This document shows positions 30,844 to 39,619 of a stretch of DNA of 64,000 nt, one piece after another. The notes beneath the pieces were generated by a model that was not told where the DNA came from, did no database searches, and saw only the letters and a program-made list of their open reading frames with translations. This DNA is from an uncultured bacterium. Its GTDB lineage: Bacteria > Krumholzibacteriota > Krumholzibacteriia > LZORAL124-64-63. Where the stretch lies: positions 1,760,001 through 1,824,000 of the forward strand of contig CAVSGO010000007.1 of NCBI GenBank assembly GCA_963727525.1, in the 5' to 3' direction. Numbering within the stretch: the first letter of the stretch is position 1; each line of letters begins with the position of its first letter. The position numbers and the translations under genes were made by a program.

Positions 30844-31054
30844 GCCCCCCACCTGGGTTCGCGAACCGGGCTTCGCATTCGGACACAAAAAGAGATCGAT
30901 GCGGGCGAAGCCCCAGCACCGATCCCACGGGATGCGACTCAAGTCCCGGGGGTGGCCAGGGGGCCCCGATCATCCCACGACAACCAGCCTTGATGTCGCG
31001 GGAACCCGCATCGAATCCTCCCGCGACGGACTCGGCGGCCATCGAGGAGGCATA

Positions 31055-31083
31055 AGTATACGTGGTGCAGGCCCCCCTATCAA
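31055..31083 (-). promoter_or_regulatory. Sigma-70 promoter upstream of the squalene synthase leader
   Basis: Minus strand TTGATA-N17-TATACT. Confidence 0.65.
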
Positions 31084-31261
31084 GGGGCCCCCGCAATGGC
31101 GTAACCATTGGACAAGGCAAAGGCAGAACCATATATTCCTCTCAGGGTTGAGGGGGTTCGGCGCCTGCCGGCGCCGCCCTGTTGCCGGCTGCCGTGTCGT
31201 GACGTCGCGGCTGGTCCCCACCCCGGGCCGGCCTCTCGGAATCATGCGAGGAGTTGAGTCA

Positions 31262-32731
31262 ATGACGCTGGGTAATCGCCCCGGAATCGGTCTCATCGCG
31301 CTTGCGGCGCTCGCCGTGAGCTGGCTGGGCGGCGCGGCATCGGCCCAGACGGATGAGGGATTCGCCGGCAAGTGGCGCGCCTCGGTCGACACCGGTCAGG
31401 GCGAAATCATCTACCTCATGGACATCAGCCAGGGCGAGGATGGCACGTGGACCGGCGACCTCAAGTCGGACCAGAATCCGAACCGGGTGATGACCTTCAC
31501 GTCGATCACGATCGACGGCTCCCACATCCTGGCCGTGGTCGATCAGGGCGACTTCAAGCAGAGTTTCGAGGGTAATCTCGGCGGCAACGGCAAGATCAAG
31601 GGCAAGATGCGGATCCACGCACAGGACGTGAAGACGGAGACGTCGATGACCTTCGTCCCGGCCGCCACGCCCAAGAATCCGGTACCCGAGCCGATCGCAG
31701 GCTCACCCGTCGTGAACTTCGACTCGTCCAACCCCATCTCGGGCAGCTGGGCGGTCCACCCGTCAGAAGAAGACAAGGCGCGCACATTGCGCCTGGAGAT
31801 CGGCCGCAATGCGAAGAACGAGTGGGCGGGCTCGATCACGGACACGGGCACCGACGAGCTGACGCCCCTGCGCGACATCAACCTCGGCGAGAACACGCTG
31901 AGTTTCAACTTCCGGCCCGAAGGTGCACCGTTCCTGGCGTCGTTCTGGGGCCGCTACCTGCCCGAGGACGACAGCCTCAAGGGGTCGCTCTCCATCGGCG
32001 GGCGGAGCCAGCCGCTCACGTTCGAACGCATCGGCGCCGCTCCGGGCACCACGGCCAACGAGTTCGCCGACACGCGGCCACCGAAGCCGCGCAAGCACCT
32101 CAGCCACTTCGCAGCCGCTGCGCGCGTGGGCTACTGGCACCCGATCTACGTGTTGAAGGAGAAGGTGCGCAACATCAACGACATCACGTCTTCTAAGACG
32201 GCATTCGACGGCGGCGTGCGCTGGTACGTGCAGGACACGATCGCTTTCCAAGCGCGGGTGTTCCGCGGCGGTCTCGGTTTCAACACCAACGACTTCAACC
32301 TCTCGCTCTTCGATCCCGTGGATGGCCCGCAGGGGACTGGCATCGCCCCCAGGATCACGAAGGATTCCTATCTGAAGCTCGACGGCTGGGAGTTCACGAT
32401 CAACGGATACGTGGGGCCGTCGCTCTTTCCCGATTCTCGCTACAATCCCTACATCATCGGGCTGCTCGGACGCACCTCGTGGGAACTCGACGAAAACGGC
32501 CGCGGAAGTAAGATCATCACCATCTTCGACGAGCCGGTCGAGGGCAAGGACTGGCACTTCGGCGCCGGCCTGGGCACCGAGTACGCGATCAATGAGCGCT
32601 TCGGCCTCGAGGGCGAGTGGACCTGGGTGTACACGCTCACCCAGGACACGCAGCGGTGGACGAACAACACGATGCAGTGGACGAACACTCACGCCTTCCG
32701 CTTCAGCCTCGGCGCGATCCTCTGGTTCTAG
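31262..32731 (+). CDS. Secreted protein with two repeated N-terminal beta domains and a C-terminal outer-membrane beta-barrel
   Basis: Signal peptide, repeats FAGKW.../ISGSW..., amphipathic strands NPYIIG and GAGLGTEY, and terminal FSLGAILWF. Confidence 0.7.
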   Translation: MTLGNRPGIGLIALAALAVSWLGGAASAQTDEGFAGKWRASVDTGQGEIIYLMDISQGEDGTWTGDLKSDQNPNRVMTFTSITIDGSHILAVVDQGDFKQSFEGNLGGNGKIKGKMRIHAQDVKTETSMTFVPAATPKNPVPEPIAGSPVVNFDSSNPISGSWAVHPSEEDKARTLRLEIGRNAKNEWAGSITDTGTDELTPLRDINLGENTLSFNFRPEGAPFLASFWGRYLPEDDSLKGSLSIGGRSQPLTFERIGAAPGTTANEFADTRPPKPRKHLSHFAAAARVGYWHPIYVLKEKVRNINDITSSKTAFDGGVRWYVQDTIAFQARVFRGGLGFNTNDFNLSLFDPVDGPQGTGIAPRITKDSYLKLDGWEFTINGYVGPSLFPDSRYNPYIIGLLGRTSWELDENGRGSKIITIFDEPVEGKDWHFGAGLGTEYAINERFGLEGEWTWVYTLTQDTQRWTNNTMQWTNTHAFRFSLGAILWF

Positions 32732-32742
32732 ATCGCGATCCC

Positions 32743-32789
32743 CGCAGACACGAGCGCCGCTCTTGTATAGAGCGGCGCTCGTGTCTGCG
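32743..32789. terminator. 21-bp perfect inverted repeat between convergent genes
   Basis: CGCAGACACGAGCGCCGCTCT-TGTAT-AGAGCGGCGCTCGTGTCTGCG. Confidence 0.75.
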
Positions 32790-32807
32790 ATGCTGGACGC
32801 CCGGCAC

Positions 32808-34085
32808 CTACGTGCCCGACGCGTAGTCGGTGAGGTAAGCCACCTGTTCGGGCGAGAGACTGTCGATCCCCGTACCCAGCGTGGACAGCTTGATGCGGGC
32901 GATCTCCTGGTCCTGCACTTCGGGAATGTCGTGCACGCCGTTGCTGAGCGCCTTACCTTCCTGAGCCAGCCGCACCATGGAGAGGAACTGGTTGGCGAAG
33001 CTCATGTCCATGACCTCGCTCGGATGGCCCTCGGCAGCGGCCAGGTTCACCAGGCGCCCCTTCGCGAGCAGGTAGATACGGCGGCCGTCCTTGAAGGTGT
33101 ACTCCTCGCAGTTGGCGCGGATCTCCCGCTTGCTCTCGGTGGCGGCCTCGAGGTCGTCGATGTTGATCTCGCAATCGTAGTGACCCGTGTTGCAGACCAC
33201 CGCGCCGTCGCGCATGCTCTCGAAGTGACGCTTCACCAGCACGTCCTTCATGCCCGTGGCGGTGATGAAGATATCGCCGACCTTCGCGGCCTCGTCCATG
33301 GGCATCACCCGGTGGCCGTGCAACGTGGCCTTGAGGGCGGCGGTGGGCTTGACCTCGGTGCAGATGACATGGGCGCCCATGCCCGCGGCGCGCATGGCGC
33401 ACCCGCTGCCACAATGACCGAAGCCAGCGACCACGAAGTTCTTGCCGGCGAGCAGCACGCTGGTGGCGCGCAGGATGCCGTCGATGCTCGACTGTCCGGT
33501 GCCGAAGACGTTGTCGAAGTCCCACTTCGTCTCGGCATCGTTCACCGCGATCACGGGGTAGCGCAGGGCGCCATCGTCGGCCATGGCGCGCAGACGATGC
33601 ACGCCGGTGGTGGTCTCCTCGGTGCCGCCGATGATGGTGCTCGCCAGCTCGGGGTGGCGATTGTGCACGGAGAAGATGAGGTCAGCACCGTCGTCGAGGG
33701 TGAGCGTGGGCTTCATCTCGAGAGTCTTGTCGATGCACCAGTAGAACTCGTCGACGTTCATGCCGTGCCAGGCGTAGATCGACACGCCGCCCCTGGCCAG
33801 CGCGGCCGCGACGTCATCCTGCGTAGACAGCGGATTGCAACCCGACCAGCTGATCTCGGCCCCGGCCGCCGCAAGGGTCTCCACGAGCACCGCCGTCTCC
33901 TTGGTCACGTGCAAGCAACCCGCGATGCGCATGCCCTTGAGGCTCTGCTTCTTCGCGTGCTCCTCGCGCAACGCCATCATCACGGGCATGCGGGCCTCGG
34001 CCCAGTCGATGCGCATGCGGCCGCTCTCGGCCTGATCGATGTCGCGCACCTTGTAACGGTCGTCCGCGCTGAACTTCTCGCTCAT
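32808..34085 (-). CDS. ahcY: Adenosylhomocysteinase
   Basis: GCLHVT, CNPLSTQD, DDGAD, EETTTGV, K..FDN.FGTG, GRLVNL and GHPSEVMDMSF. Confidence 0.97.
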   Translation of the reverse strand: MSEKFSADDRYKVRDIDQAESGRMRIDWAEARMPVMMALREEHAKKQSLKGMRIAGCLHVTKETAVLVETLAAAGAEISWSGCNPLSTQDDVAAALARGGVSIYAWHGMNVDEFYWCIDKTLEMKPTLTLDDGADLIFSVHNRHPELASTIIGGTEETTTGVHRLRAMADDGALRYPVIAVNDAETKWDFDNVFGTGQSSIDGILRATSVLLAGKNFVVAGFGHCGSGCAMRAAGMGAHVICTEVKPTAALKATLHGHRVMPMDEAAKVGDIFITATGMKDVLVKRHFESMRDGAVVCNTGHYDCEINIDDLEAATESKREIRANCEEYTFKDGRRIYLLAKGRLVNLAAAEGHPSEVMDMSFANQFLSMVRLAQEGKALSNGVHDIPEVQDQEIARIKLSTLGTGIDSLSPEQVAYLTDYASGT

Positions 34086-34089
34086 GGTC

Positions 34090-35127
34090 TCACTCCTTCT
34101 TCGGATCGATCGCCCCCCACGGGGCGGTGGTGGTGTCGGTCGAGGATTCTCGCGTGGCCACGGCCATGAACACGTCGGGCCAAGTGAAGGGTTCGCGGCC
34201 GGCCGCGGCCGCGATGTCGTCGTCGTCGCGCACGGTGCGCTTGCGCACCAGCCGCCGGCCGGCCACGAGGCCGGTGGCGGCGAACCACCGCGCGATGTCG
34301 TCGTCGGCGAAGCCGAGCCAGCGGTGGTCGAGTTCGTCGCGCATCCAGGCCAGGTTGTGGCGGGTGAATTCGATGAGCACCACCGTGCCGCCCGGCCGCG
34401 TGATGCGCGCCAGCTCGCGCACGGCGTCCAGCGGCTCGGACAGGTGGTGCAGCACCATGGAGCAATAGGCGGCATCGAATGACGCATCGCCGAAGGGCAA
34501 CGCGCGCACGTCCGCCTGCTGGAAGTGTACGTTGGTCTGCGCGGTGTCGGCGCAGAGCCGCCGCGCCCGCGTGAGCATGGCCGAGCTGTGGTCGACAGCC
34601 ACCACCTCGCGGGCCGCCGCGGCCAGCCCCGGCAGCAGGGCGCCGGTGCCGGTGCCGATGTCGGCCACGCGCAGGTCGGGCGGCACGAGCGCCGCCACGA
34701 CACCCGTCTGCAGATCCGGGTGCTCGTACTGCCGGCGGATGCGGTCCCAGTCATCGGCCACGCCGGCAAAGAAGTCGCGTCCGCGAGCCTCGCGCTCGGC
34801 AATGACATGCGCCAGTCGGATTTCGTCCTCGGTGCGCTCGGGCAGGTCTGTGAGCAGGGCGGTCACCGCCGCGTGCAGGGCCTCGCCGCCGGAGAACACC
34901 GCCGCCGGCACGGCCCGGTACCAACTCCACGTTCCCTCGCGCCGCTGCTGGATCCAGCCGGCGTCGCGCAACACGGCCAGGTGCTTGCTCACGCGCGGCT
35001 GGTTCAGCGCCACGGCGGCCACCAGTTCCTGCACGTTCAACTCCTCCCGGCCGAGCAAGCGCAGAAGGCGCAGGCGCGTGCCGTCGCTGACGGCGTGGAA
35101 GAGGAGAGTGGGGTCGATCGCGATCAC
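34090..35127 (-). CDS. sahR: ArsR-family regulator fused to a SAM-dependent methyltransferase (SahR-type)
   Basis: HTH TRLRLL...QPRVSKHLAVLRDAG and MTase ADIGTGTG, MVLHH, PGG; directly upstream of ahcY. Confidence 0.85.
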   Translation of the reverse strand: MIAIDPTLLFHAVSDGTRLRLLRLLGREELNVQELVAAVALNQPRVSKHLAVLRDAGWIQQRREGTWSWYRAVPAAVFSGGEALHAAVTALLTDLPERTEDEIRLAHVIAEREARGRDFFAGVADDWDRIRRQYEHPDLQTGVVAALVPPDLRVADIGTGTGALLPGLAAAAREVVAVDHSSAMLTRARRLCADTAQTNVHFQQADVRALPFGDASFDAAYCSMVLHHLSEPLDAVRELARITRPGGTVVLIEFTRHNLAWMRDELDHRWLGFADDDIARWFAATGLVAGRRLVRKRTVRDDDDIAAAAGREPFTWPDVFMAVATRESSTDTTTAPWGAIDPKKE

Positions 35128-35161
35128 CGGGACTCCGGGGTTTACATGATTAGATCGGAAT

Positions 35162-35190
35162 ATTGTAATTTATACGCATTCAGACGTCAA
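35162..35190 (-). promoter_or_regulatory. Sigma-70 promoter of sahR-ahcY
   Basis: Minus strand TTGACG-N17-TACAAT in an AT-rich patch. Confidence 0.7.
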
Positions 35191-35254
35191 GGCCAACGTG
35201 AATGGTGGTTTTTAAGATTTTAGCATAATCCGCGTCAGCGCAGCACACAGGAGA

Positions 35255-35824
35255 TCAATTCCCGGACGGCATGAGCCCCGCCATCTCCGCGAGCTGGCGC
35301 GCGATCGCGTCGGCGACCGTCGCCACGGAGATCCCGTCAGGAGCGTAGTCCAGGGCCACCTGGCAAAGGATCTTGCCGCTGAGCGTGTCCACCACGCGGA
35401 CCTGGCAGGCTACGACCATGAAGCCGCCGTAGAGGCGGCCCACGTGGCGGAAGAAGACCTCCCCCTTCACGACCACGTCGGCCGGCGGCTCCTCGCGCAG
35501 ATCGAAACCATCGTCGGCCAGCCGCAGCGCCAGCTCGCCGGTAAGGATCTGGCTCTCGGCCGTGACCACGAGCTCGGTCTCGGCATTCTCACCGGACGGG
35601 AAGCGCTGGAGCGGGTCGGGCCGCGGCGACGGGCCCGAATCGTCGATACGACGGATGAGTGGTGGCGGAGTCATCGCCGAGCGCAGCGATTCGAGCGTGA
35701 TCGTCGCCGGGATCGACGTCACGCCGGGCGACGGGATGGTGTGCATGGGTAGGGGCACGTAGGTCGCGCAACCCGCGAGGACGAGCAGCGCGCTGGCTCC
35801 CGCCAGACGCGATCGCGATGTCAT
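35255..35824 (-). CDS. Hypothetical lipoprotein
   Basis: Lipobox LAGC after a hydrophobic signal (MTSRSRLAGASALLVLAGC). Confidence 0.65.
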   Translation of the reverse strand: MTSRSRLAGASALLVLAGCATYVPLPMHTIPSPGVTSIPATITLESLRSAMTPPPLIRRIDDSGPSPRPDPLQRFPSGENAETELVVTAESQILTGELALRLADDGFDLREEPPADVVVKGEVFFRHVGRLYGGFMVVACQVRVVDTLSGKILCQVALDYAPDGISVATVADAIARQLAEMAGLMPSGN

Positions 35825-35926
35825 GGGATCGGCTCCGAGCCCAGGGGTGGGTACCCTACAGACGATACCAGACCGGTACCGGACCGTCAACGCGGTGCGC
35901 CTTCCCTCCCCCATTCATCCCAGCCT

Positions 35927-37207
35927 TCACACGTGCCCGCGCCGCCAGGCATACCATACGAGGTCGCTGAGCGGAATGATCGGCACGTGCGGTGCGACGA
36001 GGGCGAGGCCGTCGGCGATCTGACCGAGGCAACCGGGGTTGCTCGTGACCACGACATCGCAGCCCGTCGCCGCAAGCACCTCGGCCTTGCGGCGGCCCAT
36101 CGCCGCCGACAGCTCGGGGCGCTGCACCGCGTAGGACCCGGCGCTGCCGCAGCACACCTCCACCTCCGCCGGCTCGAGCACGATGAGGCCGGGGATGCGG
36201 GTGAGCACACGCGCGGGCTCGTCCATGATGTGCTGGGCGTGGCGCGCGTGGCAGGGATGGTGGAGGGCCACGCGCAGGGGCACCGAGCCCAGCGGGGGCA
36301 GGGCGAGGCGGTTGAGCAGCACCACGGCGTCGCACACCTTCGACGCGAACTCCTCGGGGTAGTCGCTCAACGCGAAACCACAGCCGGCGGCCTCGACGAC
36401 GACGTGGTCACAGCGGTCGAGGTGCGGACCGAAGGCCTTCACGTTGCGCGTGCGGAGCGCGGCCGCGCGTCCGGGACGTCCGCTGTGCGCGGCCAGTGCG
36501 CCGCAGCAGTCCTGGCCGGCGACGTCGACGAGGTGGCAGCCCGCGGCCTGCAGCAGTTCGCGCAGACGACTCGAGGTGGCGCTCATGAGCGTGCCGCTGG
36601 CGCAACCCGCGAACCAGGCCAGCGTGAGCGGCGGTGAGCTCGCGACCTCCTGTGCCGGCTCCACGGGCGCAGCGACTGGCCGGCCGGCCAGCAACACATC
36701 GAGGCGCGCCACGATGTCATCCGGCACCGTGGGCAGCGTGCCCAGCAGCCGCCCCAGGCGACGCACCGGCCCCGGGCCGCGATCCAGGCGCCGGCGCCAC
36801 GATGCGCCGAAGCACCCGCGCAGCACGCGGCGGGTGGCACGTACGAGCGCGTGCACCGTGTGCAGTACCGCCGGGCGGTCGAGGGCGGACACGGGCACGG
36901 GCCCTGCCCACCCAGGATCACCAGCGGCGATGTCTTTGAGATGGTGCAGCAGGTCGGCCTGGATACCGCTCGGACACACGGTGACACAGGCCAGACAGCC
37001 GAGGCAGCTGTCGAAGGCCTCGCGCACGTCGGGCGCGAGCGGTGCCTGGCGGGCGTGGCGTAGCAGGAGCAGGCGACCTCGCGGCGATAGGGTCTCATCG
37101 CCGGAGGCGAGATGGGTGGCGCAGTATGGCAGGCAAAGGCCGCACTCGATGCAGCTGCGCAGGAGCGTGTCGAGACGCTGGTCGAGCTGAGCCGAGGATT
37201 CGCTCAT
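35927..37207 (-). CDS. glcF: Glycolate oxidase Fe-S subunit (GlcF-like)
   Basis: CIECGLCLPYC, SPRGR, CLGCLACVTVCPSG, two CCG domains and NPGC. Confidence 0.88.
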   Translation of the reverse strand: MSESSAQLDQRLDTLLRSCIECGLCLPYCATHLASGDETLSPRGRLLLLRHARQAPLAPDVREAFDSCLGCLACVTVCPSGIQADLLHHLKDIAAGDPGWAGPVPVSALDRPAVLHTVHALVRATRRVLRGCFGASWRRRLDRGPGPVRRLGRLLGTLPTVPDDIVARLDVLLAGRPVAAPVEPAQEVASSPPLTLAWFAGCASGTLMSATSSRLRELLQAAGCHLVDVAGQDCCGALAAHSGRPGRAAALRTRNVKAFGPHLDRCDHVVVEAAGCGFALSDYPEEFASKVCDAVVLLNRLALPPLGSVPLRVALHHPCHARHAQHIMDEPARVLTRIPGLIVLEPAEVEVCCGSAGSYAVQRPELSAAMGRRKAEVLAATGCDVVVTSNPGCLGQIADGLALVAPHVPIIPLSDLVWYAWRRGHV

Positions 37208-39618
37208 GGTGCCACCACGTGCGTCGGCGCCACGAGCCAGGTGGGTGCGGGCAGCGTGCCGTCCGGATCGAAGAGATGCTTCAGACCCACGAGCAGCTCG
37301 CGCGGCACGTCGACCGACGGGGCCGGCGGCAGCGTGGCCACGGCATCGCGATAGATCGTGTCGGCGTGCCAGCCGGCCGGCGTCTGCGGCGCCTCCTGCG
37401 GCCGCCATACCACCTCGGGACGGCTCTGCCAGATTCCGCGCGCGGTGTCGGGCCAGTCGGCACCGACCTGGGCCGCGCTGAGCAGCGTCCAGTCGGGCGC
37501 GCCGCGCACCCAGCCGGGTAGGTCGGTGGCGATGGCGGGGTCGGCAAGGGCGCCTCCCTCGCGTACCTGTTCCGCCGCCCGACCCAGACCGAATTCCTCA
37601 CCCCACGCCTCCAGCTCAGCGCCGTATCGGCCGAGATCCCACGGCCGATCGCGGCCGGCGGCGAGCACATCGACTCGTACGCCCGTGCTGGCGATCTCGA
37701 GGGCGCCCACGACGGCCTGCGGCGCACGGCGCAGCAACGCCACGAGCGCGGGGCGCATCGCCGGATCGACAGTGCGCGCCTCGCGATGCCAGGACCAGTG
37801 CGCGAACGCGGCCGGCGCGGGACGCAGCAGGAACGTCGCCGCAAGCGTGCGCGCGAGGACCTCGCCGCTGCCGCAGAGCAGGCGTACCAGGTCGTAGCCC
37901 GCGACGTTCTTGGCAACCGGGGCGCCGGCGTGGAAGATGCGGCCGTCGCCAGTCTCCGCCCACAGCTCCACGAGTGCGTCGGCCACGCTGCCCGTCCCCA
38001 GCAGCGATGGCCCGCAGATGCCCATCGCCACGGCCTCCCCCACCGTGCCGGCGCGGCCCAGGCCTGGCAGTGCGCCCGCCACCGGCAAGGTCGCGCCGAT
38101 CGGAATCCACAGACCCCGTTGCAGCGCCTCGGCCTGGATTGCGGCGAGCGACGCGCCGGCCGGCGCGGTGAGGGTGAGGCTCGTCCAGTGGAAGTCGATC
38201 TGCACGGGCACCGGCGGCGGCGGCGCATAAGCCGCGTCGCGCGGCGGTAGCTTCTTGTCGGGATTGGCGAGGTGCTGCGGGTCGCAGAGATCCTTGATCG
38301 CGTGCATGAGCGCGCCGCTCCTGGCGTCGAGCTGGTGGTGCACGATGTGCCGCTTCTCCAGTCCCACGCCATGCTCGCCGGTGGCGCTGCCCCCGAGCGC
38401 GAGGGCGCGTAGCACGATGGCGTCAGCCGCCGCGTGGGCGCGCGTCACCGAGTCGGGATCGCCGTCGTCGTAGTGGATGCCCGGGTGCAGGTTGCCGTCG
38501 CCCGCGTGGAAGACGGTGGCGATCTCCACGCCATGGTCGCGCTTAATCGCTTGCACGTCGCGCACGAAGAGCGGCAGCGAACCGAGCGGCACGACCACGT
38601 CCATCGACACGTAGGCGGGCGCGAGTCGTCCCACCGCACCGAACGCGCGCTTGCGGCACCGCCACAGCGCCGCGCGCTCGGCGGCGGCGGTGGCCACGCG
38701 CACGCTGCGCGCACCGCCCTCGCGTAGCAGCCGGGTGGCCCGATCCGCGTCCTCGAGCACGCCCTCGGACACGCCGCTCAGCTCGGCGATCATGACGGCG
38801 TCGACATCGGTGGGGAAGCCGAACCGGAACGCGGCTTCCACGGCGGCGAGCATGGGGCGATCGACGATCTCCACGGCAGCAGGCAGCAGGCCGGCCCCGA
38901 GCAGCGTGACCACGGCAGCGGTGGCGTCGTCGAGGCGGGGAAAGTCGGCCAGCAGCGTGACCACCGCGGGCGCCAGCGGCAGCAGGGCGAGGTCGGCGCC
39001 GGTGACCAGTCCGAGCGTGCCCTCGCTGCCCGTGAGCAGGCCGAGCAGGCCGATGCCACGCTCGAAGCTCACGTTGCGACCCGTGCGCCAACTGCGTCCG
39101 GCGGCGTCGATCCAGTCGAGGCGCCGCAGGTGCTGCACGGTGACGCCCACCTTCAGGCAGTGTGGTCCACCGGCGTTGGCCGCCACGTTGCCGCCGATCG
39201 TCGAGGCTGCCTGGCTGCTCGGGTCCGGCGCAAAGTGCAGGTCGACGGCGGCCGCGAGCCGGCTGACCTCCTCGTTGCGCACGCCTGCCTGCGCGCTCAC
39301 GCCGCGCAGCACGGGATCCACGGCGCCCAGGGTGGTGAGCCGGCCCATCGCGATCACCACGGCACCTTCGGGCGGCAGCGCACCGCCCGCCAGACCCGTA
39401 CCGCCACCGCGCACCACCCATGGCGTGTGGTGCTCGGCGCAGAGCGCCACGACCTGGCGCGCCTGCTCGGGCGTCGTCGGCAAGCACACGCAGAGCGGCA
39501 GGCCGAGCGTGAGGTGGGACGCGTCGCGGGAATACACGATGCGGCTGGCCATCCCCGTCAGCACCTGAGGGGCGCCGAGCGCACGCCGCAACGCCGGGAC
39601 GAGAGCGGCCGCGCTCAC
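37204..39618 (-). CDS. FAD-linked oxidase, GlcD-GlcE fusion
   Basis: GlcD part RGGGTGLAGG, PDPSS, NAGGPHCLK, GSEGTLG, HAGDGNLHP and GEHGVG. C-terminal GlcE-like part VAKNVAGYDL..LLCGS and LKHLFDP. Confidence 0.85.
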   Translation of the reverse strand: MSAAALVPALRRALGAPQVLTGMASRIVYSRDASHLTLGLPLCVCLPTTPEQARQVVALCAEHHTPWVVRGGGTGLAGGALPPEGAVVIAMGRLTTLGAVDPVLRGVSAQAGVRNEEVSRLAAAVDLHFAPDPSSQAASTIGGNVAANAGGPHCLKVGVTVQHLRRLDWIDAAGRSWRTGRNVSFERGIGLLGLLTGSEGTLGLVTGADLALLPLAPAVVTLLADFPRLDDATAAVVTLLGAGLLPAAVEIVDRPMLAAVEAAFRFGFPTDVDAVMIAELSGVSEGVLEDADRATRLLREGGARSVRVATAAAERAALWRCRKRAFGAVGRLAPAYVSMDVVVPLGSLPLFVRDVQAIKRDHGVEIATVFHAGDGNLHPGIHYDDGDPDSVTRAHAAADAIVLRALALGGSATGEHGVGLEKRHIVHHQLDARSGALMHAIKDLCDPQHLANPDKKLPPRDAAYAPPPPVPVQIDFHWTSLTLTAPAGASLAAIQAEALQRGLWIPIGATLPVAGALPGLGRAGTVGEAVAMGICGPSLLGTGSVADALVELWAETGDGRIFHAGAPVAKNVAGYDLVRLLCGSGEVLARTLAATFLLRPAPAAFAHWSWHREARTVDPAMRPALVALLRRAPQAVVGALEIASTGVRVDVLAAGRDRPWDLGRYGAELEAWGEEFGLGRAAEQVREGGALADPAIATDLPGWVRGAPDWTLLSAAQVGADWPDTARGIWQSRPEVVWRPQEAPQTPAGWHADTIYRDAVATLPPAPSVDVPRELLVGLKHLFDPDGTLPAPTWLVAPTHVVAP

Positions 39619-39619
39619 A

